This document shows, in pieces, positions 28,944 to 37,729 of a stretch of 64,000 bases of DNA. Origin of the DNA: a virus (Duplodnaviria > Caudoviricetes); the IMG/VR virus record IMGVR_UViG_3300021295_000003, positions 40,718 through 104,717 of that record, one strand, 5' to 3'. The notes beneath the pieces are model-generated. The model did no database searches. It saw only the letters and a list, made by a program, of their open reading frames with translations, and was not told the DNA's origin. The position numbers were made by a program, and so were the translations under genes. Within the stretch, counting starts at the first letter, position 1; every line of letters begins with the position of its first letter.

Positions 28944-29372
28944 TTCTACGATTTTTTTAAGCTTCGTTCATTTCTACGTTGAAATCGTGGTTCATTTCTA
29001 CGGTTCATTTCTACACGATTTGTTTGTTCATTTCCAGCGTTCATTTCTGGTTCATTTTTGGCGTTCATTTCCAGTTCATTTCCACAAACCGTTTCATTTT
29101 TAAAAGAGAGTTCATTTCTGAACCCTATGTTCATTTCCACCCTTCTTGTTCATTTCCACAGAGTTCAGAGAAAAGAACGTATAGTTCATTTCCATTCACC
29201 TTTGCAGAGTCGATTTCATTTCCATCAATGACTTCATTTCTATGTTGAATTAAAACATAGAGAACAGTCATAAAGTATAGTTCATTTCCAATTGTGTCTT
29301 GAAGAGCAGTATAATACTGCTCGTCATTTGTAATCCATAACCAAGTTTCATTTGTGTCCCAATTCATTTCTA
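28938..29372. repeat. About 20 co-oriented GTTCATTTC (GAAATGAAC) motifs
   Basis: Counted by eye; all on one strand and in different reading frames. Confidence 0.85.
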
Positions 29373-29376
29373 CCAT
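29131..29376 (-). CDS. Hypothetical protein (NxETW..NDE-type) overlaid with repeats
   Basis: 81 aa, GGAGG RBS. Confidence 0.55.
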   Translation of the reverse strand: MVEMNWDTNETWLWITNDEQYYTALQDTIGNELYFMTVLYVLIQHRNEVIDGNEIDSAKVNGNELYVLFSELCGNEQEGWK

Positions 29377-30107
29377 TCTATAAATCCTCCTTTGATAATA
29401 TCATCACATTCTTTGCAGCGAACATTACCGTCATCATCTACATAAGTCCGTTTGTAAATCTCATCTTTGCCAATGTAATCTCCTGTGGAGTCGGTGGCGT
29501 CATCTGATCCGTAGATTGTGTAATCATTTAATCCACATTCACATTGACAGAAACGGTCAGATTGTCCAAGCAAGAAGTATTCAATGTCTTTCAATTTGAA
29601 TAGTTGAGGGTAGGTGTAGCCGCTGCGAACGTCACACCCATTATGTACTTCAAGGAGTACATAATCGTCCCCATTGTAACTGAAACAAATGTATAATAAT
29701 GTTTGTGACAGATATTCCTCATAGTTGTAAGTATTGGTATACTCTAATCGAATAGCCCAACTTTCTTCTATCCAATCAGTTGATTTTAACCAGTCTGAAA
29801 CCTCGTAAATCTCATAGGGTTCAAATCCATTGTCTTTAAACTCTTTGAAGAGAGCTTTTTCAAGTTCAATGGTTTCCTCATCTTTTTCAAGATTATATTT
29901 GAGAAAATCAAATACAGGGATAGTAATTTCCAAGGTTCTCTCTTCGCATTTTTCGTCAGTCCATTCATCTACTGGGTTTAATCCTTTAAGATAACCTTCG
30001 GTTTGGTTTCTTTCGTAGATATAACCGTATACTCCTCCGCTATCACATAAGTGATGTGCGATAGGTTCTTTCAATAATTTGTCAATAATAGTTTCAATTT
30101 CGCTCAT
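29370..30107 (-). CDS. Hypothetical acidic protein with Cys pairs
   Basis: 245 aa; DSGG and HNGCDVRSGY motifs. Confidence 0.65.
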   Translation of the reverse strand: MSEIETIIDKLLKEPIAHHLCDSGGVYGYIYERNQTEGYLKGLNPVDEWTDEKCEERTLEITIPVFDFLKYNLEKDEETIELEKALFKEFKDNGFEPYEIYEVSDWLKSTDWIEESWAIRLEYTNTYNYEEYLSQTLLYICFSYNGDDYVLLEVHNGCDVRSGYTYPQLFKLKDIEYFLLGQSDRFCQCECGLNDYTIYGSDDATDSTGDYIGKDEIYKRTYVDDDGNVRCKECDDIIKGGFIEW

Positions 30108-30364
30108 TTTATCACCGTAATATATACTCCTGATACGTAAAATTCTTCGTTTGGTATTGCAGTTCTTACAACTTGTTTGAGTCTTGCAGGGCTAATTTCT
30201 TTGAATAAATAATCTAATTCGTCTTCGCAGCCCAAAGGGATAAGTTCGTACTTATCTAATCGTAATCGAATAGTACGTTCAGTATCCCAAGGACGGTCTA
30301 ATACTACTTCAAATTCAATCAAGTTAATCACTCCTTTACACCTACCCAATTGATTTCTTCCCAT
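30104..30364 (-). CDS. Hypothetical protein
   Basis: 86 aa within the operon. Confidence 0.5.
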   Translation of the reverse strand: MGRNQLGRCKGVINLIEFEVVLDRPWDTERTIRLRLDKYELIPLGCEDELDYLFKEISPARLKQVVRTAIPNEEFYVSGVYITVIK

Positions 30365-31263
30365 TTAGAAGAATTAGGGATAGTTTTTTTACTATCTAAT
30401 AATTCTGACAACTTTAAATCTTCAATGATTTTAGTAGCAGTCTTTAAAACATTGCTACCTTTCCCTTTCAGTAATTTAGTCCTTTTTTCATCAGAATACT
30501 TGCGAGTCCACCCTCTAATATAAGCAGGAGCTTCGTCATCTTTAATACCAAGATAACAACTAACAAGGTAAGAAACCGCTTCCGCTTCAAGTTCCTTGGT
30601 CGCAGAAGTTAATTCGTGACGATTTTCGTCAAAATGTAATAAGTAATGAGCTAATTCGTGGAAATAAACACAAATCTGCTTTGGAGTAGAAATATGTTTG
30701 CTGATCCATATTTCGTTTCCATCGGTGTATCCACGTGTAATCTCTTTGTTTGAGAGATTTACTTTTACATTGTTTCTTGAAGTGATTTCGTCAAGTTTGT
30801 AGTCGATAGCAGCGTTTGTGAAATCAACTTCAAAAGGGTCACCTTCGGTTTGGCTTAAATCGAAGACTGGAACGGATTTGAACCTTAACACAGTCTTCTT
30901 CACTTCTTCGCCGTCTTCGTTCTCTTCGGTTATAGTTACAGTATAAGGGGCGAGGATACGTAATGCTTTTTCGCCTTTTTTAACGTTTCGGCGAATTTTA
31001 GTTCCGTCTTCAAGTTCGATTTTGCCCCATTTGCTGTAAGGGGCGAGGAGTTCAGCGGTTTCCCCTGTCCTTTGGTATAATTGCCAACTTGCAAGGTAAA
31101 TATTCCTTAATGAATATTGATGGAAACCTTGCCTGGAAGCGAGTTGGATTTTAATAATGTTTTCTAAATCTTCTGGTTTGGTTAATATTGTATCAACCAA
31201 TTCTTTTTGGATTTTACGGAGTTCTGCTCCGTTTGTAGAGTATTCTAAACCTTTTTTTACCAT
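30328..31263 (-). CDS. ArdC-like antirestriction protein (ssDNA-binding N-domain plus zincin metallopeptidase)
   Basis: YSxRN..L..WQ, W....R.VKKGEKA..I..P, PVFDLSQTEG, HELAH and ELEAE..SY motifs. Confidence 0.8.
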   Translation of the reverse strand: MVKKGLEYSTNGAELRKIQKELVDTILTKPEDLENIIKIQLASRQGFHQYSLRNIYLASWQLYQRTGETAELLAPYSKWGKIELEDGTKIRRNVKKGEKALRILAPYTVTITEENEDGEEVKKTVLRFKSVPVFDLSQTEGDPFEVDFTNAAIDYKLDEITSRNNVKVNLSNKEITRGYTDGNEIWISKHISTPKQICVYFHELAHYLLHFDENRHELTSATKELEAEAVSYLVSCYLGIKDDEAPAYIRGWTRKYSDEKRTKLLKGKGSNVLKTATKIIEDLKLSELLDSKKTIPNSSKWEEINWVGVKE

Positions 31264-31589
31264 TGTAATCTCTCCATTTCAACTTTGTAACATTTGAAAT
31301 TATGTATCTCTGGAATGCTTGGGCATTCAGATAAAAGTTCAACAAATTCTTCATCTGCTTTGAAGCATTGTTTTAGAAAGTCATAAGCTTCTGCTTCGGC
31401 AGATTGTGCGGGATAAGGATTTTTTGGAATAGTTAGTTGTCTTTCTTTTGTGTTTGGGTTGATATATTGGATTTGTTCAGAGCTTTCAAAGAAATCAAAA
31501 TCCAATATTCCCCTGATCTGTACATTTGGTAAAAACAAATGTTGCACGTAGAATACAACTAACTGATTTCCATTCATACCAAATTCCAT
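31257..31589 (-). CDS. Hypothetical protein
   Basis: 110 aa in the leftward operon. Confidence 0.55.
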   Translation of the reverse strand: MEFGMNGNQLVVFYVQHLFLPNVQIRGILDFDFFESSEQIQYINPNTKERQLTIPKNPYPAQSAEAEAYDFLKQCFKADEEFVELLSECPSIPEIHNFKCYKVEMERLQW

Positions 31590-31598
31590 TGTGAAGAC

Positions 31599-31940
31599 CT
31601 ACTCGATATATCCGGCAAAGTAGACTCCGTGTTGGAAATCTTTGGCAAAGCAAACAAACCATTGATGAATGATTTTAGGTAAAAAATCATATGTAGGTTC
31701 GTAAATGCCTAAATATTCGTCCCAAGAATAACGTTTGCCGTTGTCTTCGTTGATAAATTCAGTACGAATTTCAATTCTCCTTTTTGAAGAGTTTAAGGTT
31801 ATGTAAGTACAATCAACTTCGTGGTAACCTTTTAATTCTTCAATTTCACCTATTTGATAGTAGATTTCTTGTGCTATTGCTTTTGCATTGTAATAAGCAC
31901 TATCCAAATCTTGTCTATCTTTGAATATTGTTAATGTCAT
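31599..31940 (-). CDS. Hypothetical protein, first gene of the leftward operon
   Basis: ATG (MTLTIFK) after GAGGTG RBS. Confidence 0.6.
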   Translation of the reverse strand: MTLTIFKDRQDLDSAYYNAKAIAQEIYYQIGEIEELKGYHEVDCTYITLNSSKRRIEIRTEFINEDNGKRYSWDEYLGIYEPTYDFLPKIIHQWFVCFAKDFQHGVYFAGYIE

Positions 31941-32032
31941 TTTATTTTTCACCTCTCGGAATATAATTGGCACAAGTGTTGAATTTTTGTGGTGATTTTC
32001 AACTACTTGTTGTATAAAAGTTAGATTTTTAT

Positions 32033-32056
32033 AGTATATAAAGGTTTTGGCAGTAA
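32033..32056 (-). promoter_or_regulatory. Archaeal BRE-TATA promoter
   Basis: ACTGCCAAAACCTTTATATACT on the - strand. Confidence 0.65.
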
Positions 32057-32351
32057 TGGGTATCCACCAAATTAACTAAAATATAATAAAAAACATAACC
32101 TACTAACAGAGAGTATAAACATTCAAAGAGGGAACATTAAGTTCTTTAAGAAAGTCATAAACATAGTAGATAGCACATTTTAATTTTTCATAACTTTTTA
32201 GACCTCGGAAAACGAATTTTTTTAATCTCTAAAAACGCAACCTACGTCCTCCAAGAATGTTATACTCTTTTATTTACTTAAATGAATAATCTACTACTTT
32301 TTACAAATATAATAATATCACCACAAAAATTTTCGAGAGGTATAATAACAT

Positions 32352-32552
32352 ATGTTAGATTTATTTAAAATTGCCGGATTAACTGGAATAGTGGTAATAA
32401 TACTTTTTATAATTTTATTGCCATTAATAGCAACTATAATCGTCGGAATTGCATTTGCAAACATTTTAGGGTTCACAGGTATTACTTGGTGGGCTTTCCT
32501 AATAGTATTCTACTTAATTGTAAGCGGAATAATAAGTTTGTTAAGCAGATAA
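32352..32552 (+). CDS. Small two-TM membrane protein
   Basis: 66 aa, almost entirely hydrophobic. Confidence 0.65.
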   Translation: MLDLFKIAGLTGIVVIILFIILLPLIATIIVGIAFANILGFTGITWWAFLIVFYLIVSGIISLLSR

Positions 32553-32570
32553 ATCGGATTAGGGCAATTT

Positions 32571-33326
32571 ATGAAAAAAATTTTACTTATTATTATATTA
32601 TTGTTTATGCTGCCGATTGTGGCAGCTGGAAATAATACGGCTCCTGTTGATAATCCGACTATGTTGATTGAGGATTGTGATACGGTTGTTGCTCTTGAAG
32701 ATGGTGACTCTAATATCTCTTTTACTGATGGTTACAAGGGATATTGTGCTGAATGGGGTAAGCATTCAGCAGAGAAAGGTGATGAGTTCTACGTGCATAA
32801 TGGAGTAGATAATAACATCAAAGTGTATTTTGTTTATTATTATAATGAAACTACCAAGGACAAAATTGCTACACAGCATATGATTTGGAAGTTCACGGAT
32901 AATAAAGAGTTTAGTCGCTTTAACAAGACATTATATCATCAGATAATAGATACAAGCAAGGAAATTCATTTAAATGATAATGGACGGATTAAATATAATT
33001 CTACACATTATTTAGTATATGATTTCAAGTTATTCAAATCAAAGTTCGTCGAATATCAAGACTACATTGGCATTAAAATCTACTTTGAGAAAATCTTGTC
33101 CGTGAATAATACCATAATAATTAACGATACATTTGATAAAAACACTACTTCAAACTTAACTTATGAGAATAATCTAACAATTATCCAAGTAAATCAAACT
33201 TATTCTCAAAAGCAAGATAAACACTACAACTCATCTACATTAAACAGCCACAAAACAGGGAAAAACATTATATTTTTAATTTTAACATTACTCTGTTTAA
33301 TAATCAATAGGAGAAAACAATTATGA
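32571..33326 (+). CDS. Surface-anchored thioester-domain (TED/TQXA-like) protein
   Basis: Signal peptide; GYC motif, TQHMIW motif, YQDYI; C-terminal KTG plus TM plus RRK anchor. Confidence 0.65.
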   Translation: MKKILLIIILLFMLPIVAAGNNTAPVDNPTMLIEDCDTVVALEDGDSNISFTDGYKGYCAEWGKHSAEKGDEFYVHNGVDNNIKVYFVYYYNETTKDKIATQHMIWKFTDNKEFSRFNKTLYHQIIDTSKEIHLNDNGRIKYNSTHYLVYDFKLFKSKFVEYQDYIGIKIYFEKILSVNNTIIINDTFDKNTTSNLTYENNLTIIQVNQTYSQKQDKHYNSSTLNSHKTGKNIIFLILTLLCLIINRRKQL

Positions 33327-33847
33327 CAGACTCTAATACCAAAACAATCAGATATTTAAGCTTGTTTAGTGGAATTGGAGGATTTGAATTAGGATTACAA
33401 AATTCAAAGCACAATTTTGAGTGTGTAGGATTTTCGGAGATAGATAAATACGCGGTGAGCATATATGAAAGAAACTTTCCAAACCACATTAACCTCGGTG
33501 ACGCAACAAAAATCAAAACAGAAGAATTACCCGACTTTGACCTCTTGGTTGGCGGATTCCCGTGTCAAGCATTTTCTATCGCAGGAAAGAGAAGAGGGTT
33601 TGATGACACAAGAGGAACTCTCTTTTTTGAGATTGCACGGGTTCTCAAAGACAAAAGACCCAGATATTTTCTTCTCGAAAATGTACGGGGCTTATTATCT
33701 CACAACAAAGGCGAAACTTTCCAGACAATACTTGAAGTTCTCTCCGACCTACGGTATGATGTTCAATGGGAGGTACTTAATAGTAAAGACTTCGGCGTCC
33801 CGCAGCGAAGAGAAAGGGTGTTTATTAAAGGATATTCTCGAAGATGA
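33323..33847 (+). CDS. dcm: DNA (cytosine-5)-methyltransferase catalytic fragment (motifs I-VIII)
   Basis: LFSGIGG, GGFPCQAFS, LENV, PQRRERVF. Confidence 0.95.
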   Translation: MTDSNTKTIRYLSLFSGIGGFELGLQNSKHNFECVGFSEIDKYAVSIYERNFPNHINLGDATKIKTEELPDFDLLVGGFPCQAFSIAGKRRGFDDTRGTLFFEIARVLKDKRPRYFLLENVRGLLSHNKGETFQTILEVLSDLRYDVQWEVLNSKDFGVPQRRERVFIKGYSRR

Positions 33848-33911
33848 GGTTGATGAGAAATATTATCTCTCACAAGAGATGATGGAGAAAATTTTGGTTG
33901 ATAGAAAATGA
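33465..33911 (+). CDS. Alternative-frame methyltransferase partner polypeptide (M.EcoHK31I beta-like)
   Basis: 148 aa nested in the +1 frame; ends LKDILEDEVDEKYYLS. Confidence 0.6.
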   Translation: MKETFQTTLTSVTQQKSKQKNYPTLTSWLADSRVKHFLSQEREEGLMTQEELSFLRLHGFSKTKDPDIFFSKMYGAYYLTTKAKLSRQYLKFSPTYGMMFNGRYLIVKTSASRSEEKGCLLKDILEDEVDEKYYLSQEMMEKILVDRK

Positions 33912-34782
33912 GGAAAGTAAAATGCTTAAATCCCTCTAAACATCAAGCACAGAAAGTGTATAGTGTTGATGGACTTGCGTGTACGCTCTCCGCTAATGGG
34001 GGGGGGGTCAAGGTGGAAAAACTGGATTGTATTTGGTGGAGAATATGGATAAAAAGATTATAGAGAAGAATTTTGCGGAAATAGACAAAGGGAAATATGT
34101 AACTACTGATAAAGAAAAAGAAAACTGTTACGCCGTGACAACCGCTCAAAGAAGCCGTCCAGTATACAGAAAACAAGATAATTATGTTCTTGAAGAAACA
34201 CGGAAAGTAAAATGTCTTGGGACATATAATACTCATCAAAGTGGGAATATTTATAATCCTGAGGGTATAAGCCCGTCATTGTGTGCTACGGATTATAAAG
34301 CACCTGTTAAGATAATCGAAAAAAAAGTCGAAGAAGTTATTGGTAGCACACAGAAACACGCTGCAAGAACTGATGGAACAGAAACCCCTACATTAACCGC
34401 TTCAATGGGACAAGGAGGAGGACACGTTCCAATGCTTAAAATACGTGAAACTACTAAAAAAGGATACAAAGAAGCAAAGCCAGGTGATGGAGTATTAGTA
34501 GAACGAGCAAGTAGAAAAATAGCAAAAGGTATGGTTCAAAAGGACTCTACTGGAACTATTCGTGCTAAAAGTAACTGGGGAGCAGTAACTGGGGATTATC
34601 GTATCCGCAGACTTACTCCACGTGAATGCGAACGTCTTCAAGGATTTCCTGATGACTGGACCAAATACGGCAAAGATGGAGAATTGATAAGCGACACCCA
34701 AAGGTATAAATGCTGCGGAAATGCAGTTACTACAACAGTAATAACTGCAATAGTGGATAAAATGTTTGATGATGTAGAATGA
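33908..34782 (+). CDS. Methyltransferase multi-TRD plus motif IX/X polypeptide, frame broken at a G10 tract
   Basis: ATG at 33908 MRKVKC...TLSANGG, G10 at 33998-34007, then QGGKTGLYLV in the frame of ORF 34027; RRLTPRECERLQGFPD and YKCCGNAVT. Confidence 0.8.
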
Positions 34783-34955
34783 AACGTGAAGTGCGTGTAT
34801 GGGGGGGCATAGGTGAAAAGAAATCAAATAAAAATACTCAATGGTATTTCCAAGACCGTATCTATGATATTAATGGAATTTCTCCCTCACTTACAAGTTG
34901 GAAATCAGATTATATGATTGCAATAAAAAAGAGGAGCTCAAAAGATGAAGATTAA
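34779..34955 (+). CDS. Stand-alone TRD-like peptide (58 aa)
   Basis: MKREVRVWGGIGEKK...QDRIYDINGISPSLTS; ATGA-coupled to the upstream stop. Confidence 0.6.
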   Translation: MKREVRVWGGIGEKKSNKNTQWYFQDRIYDINGISPSLTSWKSDYMIAIKKRSSKDED

Positions 34956-35133
34956 CCATTTAATAAGTATATTAAAAACATATAATCAAGAAGCGAACAT
35001 TACATTAACAACAAGTGAGGATATTACCGTGTCTTATATCTGTGAAGACCCTAAAACAAAGAGAGAATTAACTCCACAGACAACCAGGCAAGTATTCATA
35101 GAACCAAAAGATTATGAGGGAGAATATGACTAA
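34945..35133 (+). CDS. Hypothetical protein
   Basis: 62 aa, GAGGAG RBS. Confidence 0.5.
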   Translation: MKINHLISILKTYNQEANITLTTSEDITVSYICEDPKTKRELTPQTTRQVFIEPKDYEGEYD

Positions 35134-35278
35134 AAAAATAGTTGATTTGAAGATAAATATAGACGGGCTGATCCTTGCTAATGAAAGTGTTGAAGATTTT
35201 ATTCAGCGTATCGGATCAGGTGTTGATAGTAATTATGATATTCAGTATGAAGTGTTATATGAAGAAGTGATAGACTGA
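35126..35278 (+). CDS. Small acidic hypothetical protein (50 aa)
   Basis: MTKKIVDLKINIDG...; RBS GAGGGAG. Confidence 0.45.
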   Translation: MTKKIVDLKINIDGLILANESVEDFIQRIGSGVDSNYDIQYEVLYEEVID

Positions 35279-35329
35279 TTGATATTATTTACTCAAAATA
35301 ATAATATTATATTAATTATAAAGTATTAT

Positions 35330-35710
35330 ATGGTGAAATTTAATAATTTTACCTTTGGTAGGAAAATGGTGTGAAGGGTAAATCTTCTTCTGTTGTTTTA
35401 TTATCAATATAAACTCCATAATTTATCGAAAACAAGATTTATCCTTCTCTTTTGAAACTTCTGTATTCATTAAAAAAACCTATTTAACTGGATACTTGGG
35501 GGAGATGAATTATAATAGTAATTCCTACGTTTAATGGCGTTTCATAAGCTCTGTTTCATTATATCACTTATCCTTTCCCCCAGTATTCGCTTTTGCTTAT
35601 CACCTTTGATAAGACTTGATATATCCTTTGAGTGTGGAGAAAAATGCAGTTATTCATTTATTATCTCCAAATATGTCGCTTCCTTTGATGGTGGGAAGCG
35701 ACTTTTTTTT
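35330..35710 (+). ncRNA. Putative multi-hairpin small RNA
   Basis: Stems GAAGGGTAAATCTT/AAGATTTATCCTTC and GATACTTGGGGGA/TCCCCCAGTATT; ends in a GC hairpin plus T-run. Confidence 0.45.
35675..35710 (+). terminator. Intrinsic terminator
   Basis: GTCGCTTCC-TTTGATGGTG-GGAAGCGAC then T8. Confidence 0.7.
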
Positions 35711-35721
35711 ATAACTTATTT

Positions 35722-35740
35722 TGAAAACCTTTATATATTA
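35722..35740 (+). promoter_or_regulatory. BRE-TATA promoter for a leaderless transcript
   Basis: GAAAACCTTTATATA about 25 nt before ATG 35761. Confidence 0.65.
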
Positions 35741-35760
35741 TAATATTCATATTATTATTT

Positions 35761-35898
35761 ATGTCAGAACAAAAGACATTACAAATACGAAAGAATACTT
35801 ATGAGCGATTACAGCTACATAAGAACAAATTCGATACGTATAACATAGTGCTTACCCGTTTATTAGATAAATGGGAGGCGTTCTACAATGTCTTCTAA
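35761..35898 (+). CDS. Small ribbon-helix-helix-type DNA-binding protein (45 aa)
   Basis: KTLQIRKNTYERL...TYNIVLTRLLD pattern. Confidence 0.6.
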   Translation: MSEQKTLQIRKNTYERLQLHKNKFDTYNIVLTRLLDKWEAFYNVF

Positions 35899-36295
35899 TC
35901 CTTATATGGGAGTTCCGATTTCAGAGGAAACTCATCAACGTTTAACCAAATTAAAAGGTGAAAATGACACTTTTGATGATGTTGTGAATAAACTCCTGGA
36001 ATTGGAAGAAACATATAATATGCCGGAGGAAACAATGGAATACGAGTATATCTTGCCGAATGGTAAGACAAAAGTGTTCCGTGTGGTCTTTGGTGATAAA
36101 ACCAAGATTGAGTATTACAATCGGAGGAAATATGACTTTGAAAAGGATATTCGTGCTTGGTTTACTGGGGAGAGGATTTCTGACTCTGAAATAAACTCTT
36201 TCATTAGGTTTATTGTTAAGGACAGTAATTTGATGTTGTTATATGATATGGACGAAGAACTGGTCTTGAATGATATTCATATTAGAAGGGTTTAG
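35888..36295 (+). CDS. Regulator with N-terminal RHH-like domain
   Basis: VPISEETHQRLTKLKGENDTFDDVVNKLL. Confidence 0.6.
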   Translation: MSSNPYMGVPISEETHQRLTKLKGENDTFDDVVNKLLELEETYNMPEETMEYEYILPNGKTKVFRVVFGDKTKIEYYNRRKYDFEKDIRAWFTGERISDSEINSFIRFIVKDSNLMLLYDMDEELVLNDIHIRRV

Positions 36296-36535
36296 GTAAC
36301 TATTATATAGATAGTGGTTACATATGATTATACTGTGAGATTAACAGAATAGTTTTGGAAAAGGTTTGATTTTTACTCTTTTTTCAAGGTAGTAAAATGT
36401 TCTTAAAAAAACTACCTTTATAAATATGAAAGAGTAGATTTCTACTAATTTTTCAAGATTATTACTGCCCAAATGCTCTCTTGGAAATAATCAAACAATA
36501 CTCAAAAAGGATATAATTAAATTGGAGGTAAAAAA

Positions 36536-37729
36536 ATGACTGCAATAGAAACATTTTGTACAGAAAAAAATCTGTCAAAAAGCACCACTTCTCTCTATGA
36601 GTCTTGTGTTAAATCATACGAGGCAGTAAATCAGTTAAGTCTTGATGATTTACTCAAAGAAGCCGATAGAGAAGAAGAAGAAGCGATTAGATGGAAAAAT
36701 CGTTCATTAAGGACAAGGTTAATTAATTTCCGTAAATGGTTATTTGACAACAAAAGTCAAGGAACAGCAAACAGATACTTGGGTTGCATTAAAACAATCT
36801 ATCGCCACTTTGAGATTGAATTACAAGACCTTCCGTCTTTTAATTCAAAGCAAGTGGATAAAACTCACGAAAAAAGCTTTGAAGATATACCTACAAAGCA
36901 GGAATTAATCGACGCTTACTACGAAGCGAATAATGTATGTAAATGTATTATTTTATTTGCCAGTAGTAGTGGGATTTCCAAAGTGGACTTCTTAAACCTT
37001 TCTGTTGCAGATTTCATAAATGCTTGTTCTGATTTTGTTACAACTGATACTTTATTGGAGCAGTTGTATGAATTAAAGCAAGTAGACAATCTAATTCCTT
37101 GTTTTGAAGGGTGCAGACAGAAAACAGGTACAAGATACACTACATTCTGCTCCCCAGAGGCAGCAGAACATATCCTCCAATACTTAATCGGACGTGACGC
37201 TGAAATCAAAGAAACCTTTGAAAAAGCAGATGATGAAGAACAGGAAGACCTTCCTGAATGTTTGTCAGAGTCTGATCCGTTGTTTGATATTTCAAGTAGT
37301 CACTTATGGTATGTGTTTAGACGTATTAATAATAAATTACAATTGGGCAAAGTTGGTAAGTTTACACGTTTCCGCTGCCATCAGTTACGTGCTTTTCAAG
37401 CTTCTACTTTGGTGAATTTGGAGGAAAATTCTTTCACTATTGATGAGGTGGACGCTTTACAAGGTAGGAAGAAAGATAAAACTCATAGAGCATATTTCAC
37501 AGAGTCCAAGCAGAAACTCTTTAAGAAGTATTGTGAGAACGTGGACGCTTTACAGCTCTTCAAGACTACTCATAGTGTTACTAATGAAGAGTATGCACGT
37601 ATCAAAGAAGAAAACAGATTTTATAAGAACGAAGTTGTTAAAAATGAGAACAAATTGGAGGAGCAACAAAGGACTATTAATCAAATTCTTGCTAATCAGC
37701 GTGAGTTGGAAGCGTTATTAGGATTATAA
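36536..37729 (+). CDS. int: Tyrosine recombinase/integrase
   Basis: SAM-like N-domain, SSGISK box I, HQLR, LQGR and AY catalytic region. Confidence 0.85.
   Translation: MTAIETFCTEKNLSKSTTSLYESCVKSYEAVNQLSLDDLLKEADREEEEAIRWKNRSLRTRLINFRKWLFDNKSQGTANRYLGCIKTIYRHFEIELQDLPSFNSKQVDKTHEKSFEDIPTKQELIDAYYEANNVCKCIILFASSSGISKVDFLNLSVADFINACSDFVTTDTLLEQLYELKQVDNLIPCFEGCRQKTGTRYTTFCSPEAAEHILQYLIGRDAEIKETFEKADDEEQEDLPECLSESDPLFDISSSHLWYVFRRINNKLQLGKVGKFTRFRCHQLRAFQASTLVNLEENSFTIDEVDALQGRKKDKTHRAYFTESKQKLFKKYCENVDALQLFKTTHSVTNEEYARIKEENRFYKNEVVKNENKLEEQQRTINQILANQRELEALLGL

Noticed and set aside
28946-29248. Repeat proteins (NE/VHF repeats) from ORFs 28946-29140, 28825-29103, 28979-29248
   Set aside because: Translations of the GTTCATTTC DNA motif in several frames; the 64-aa - strand ORF cannot be fully excluded
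35534-35743. 69-aa ORF
   Set aside because: No RBS; runs through a terminator and the next promoter
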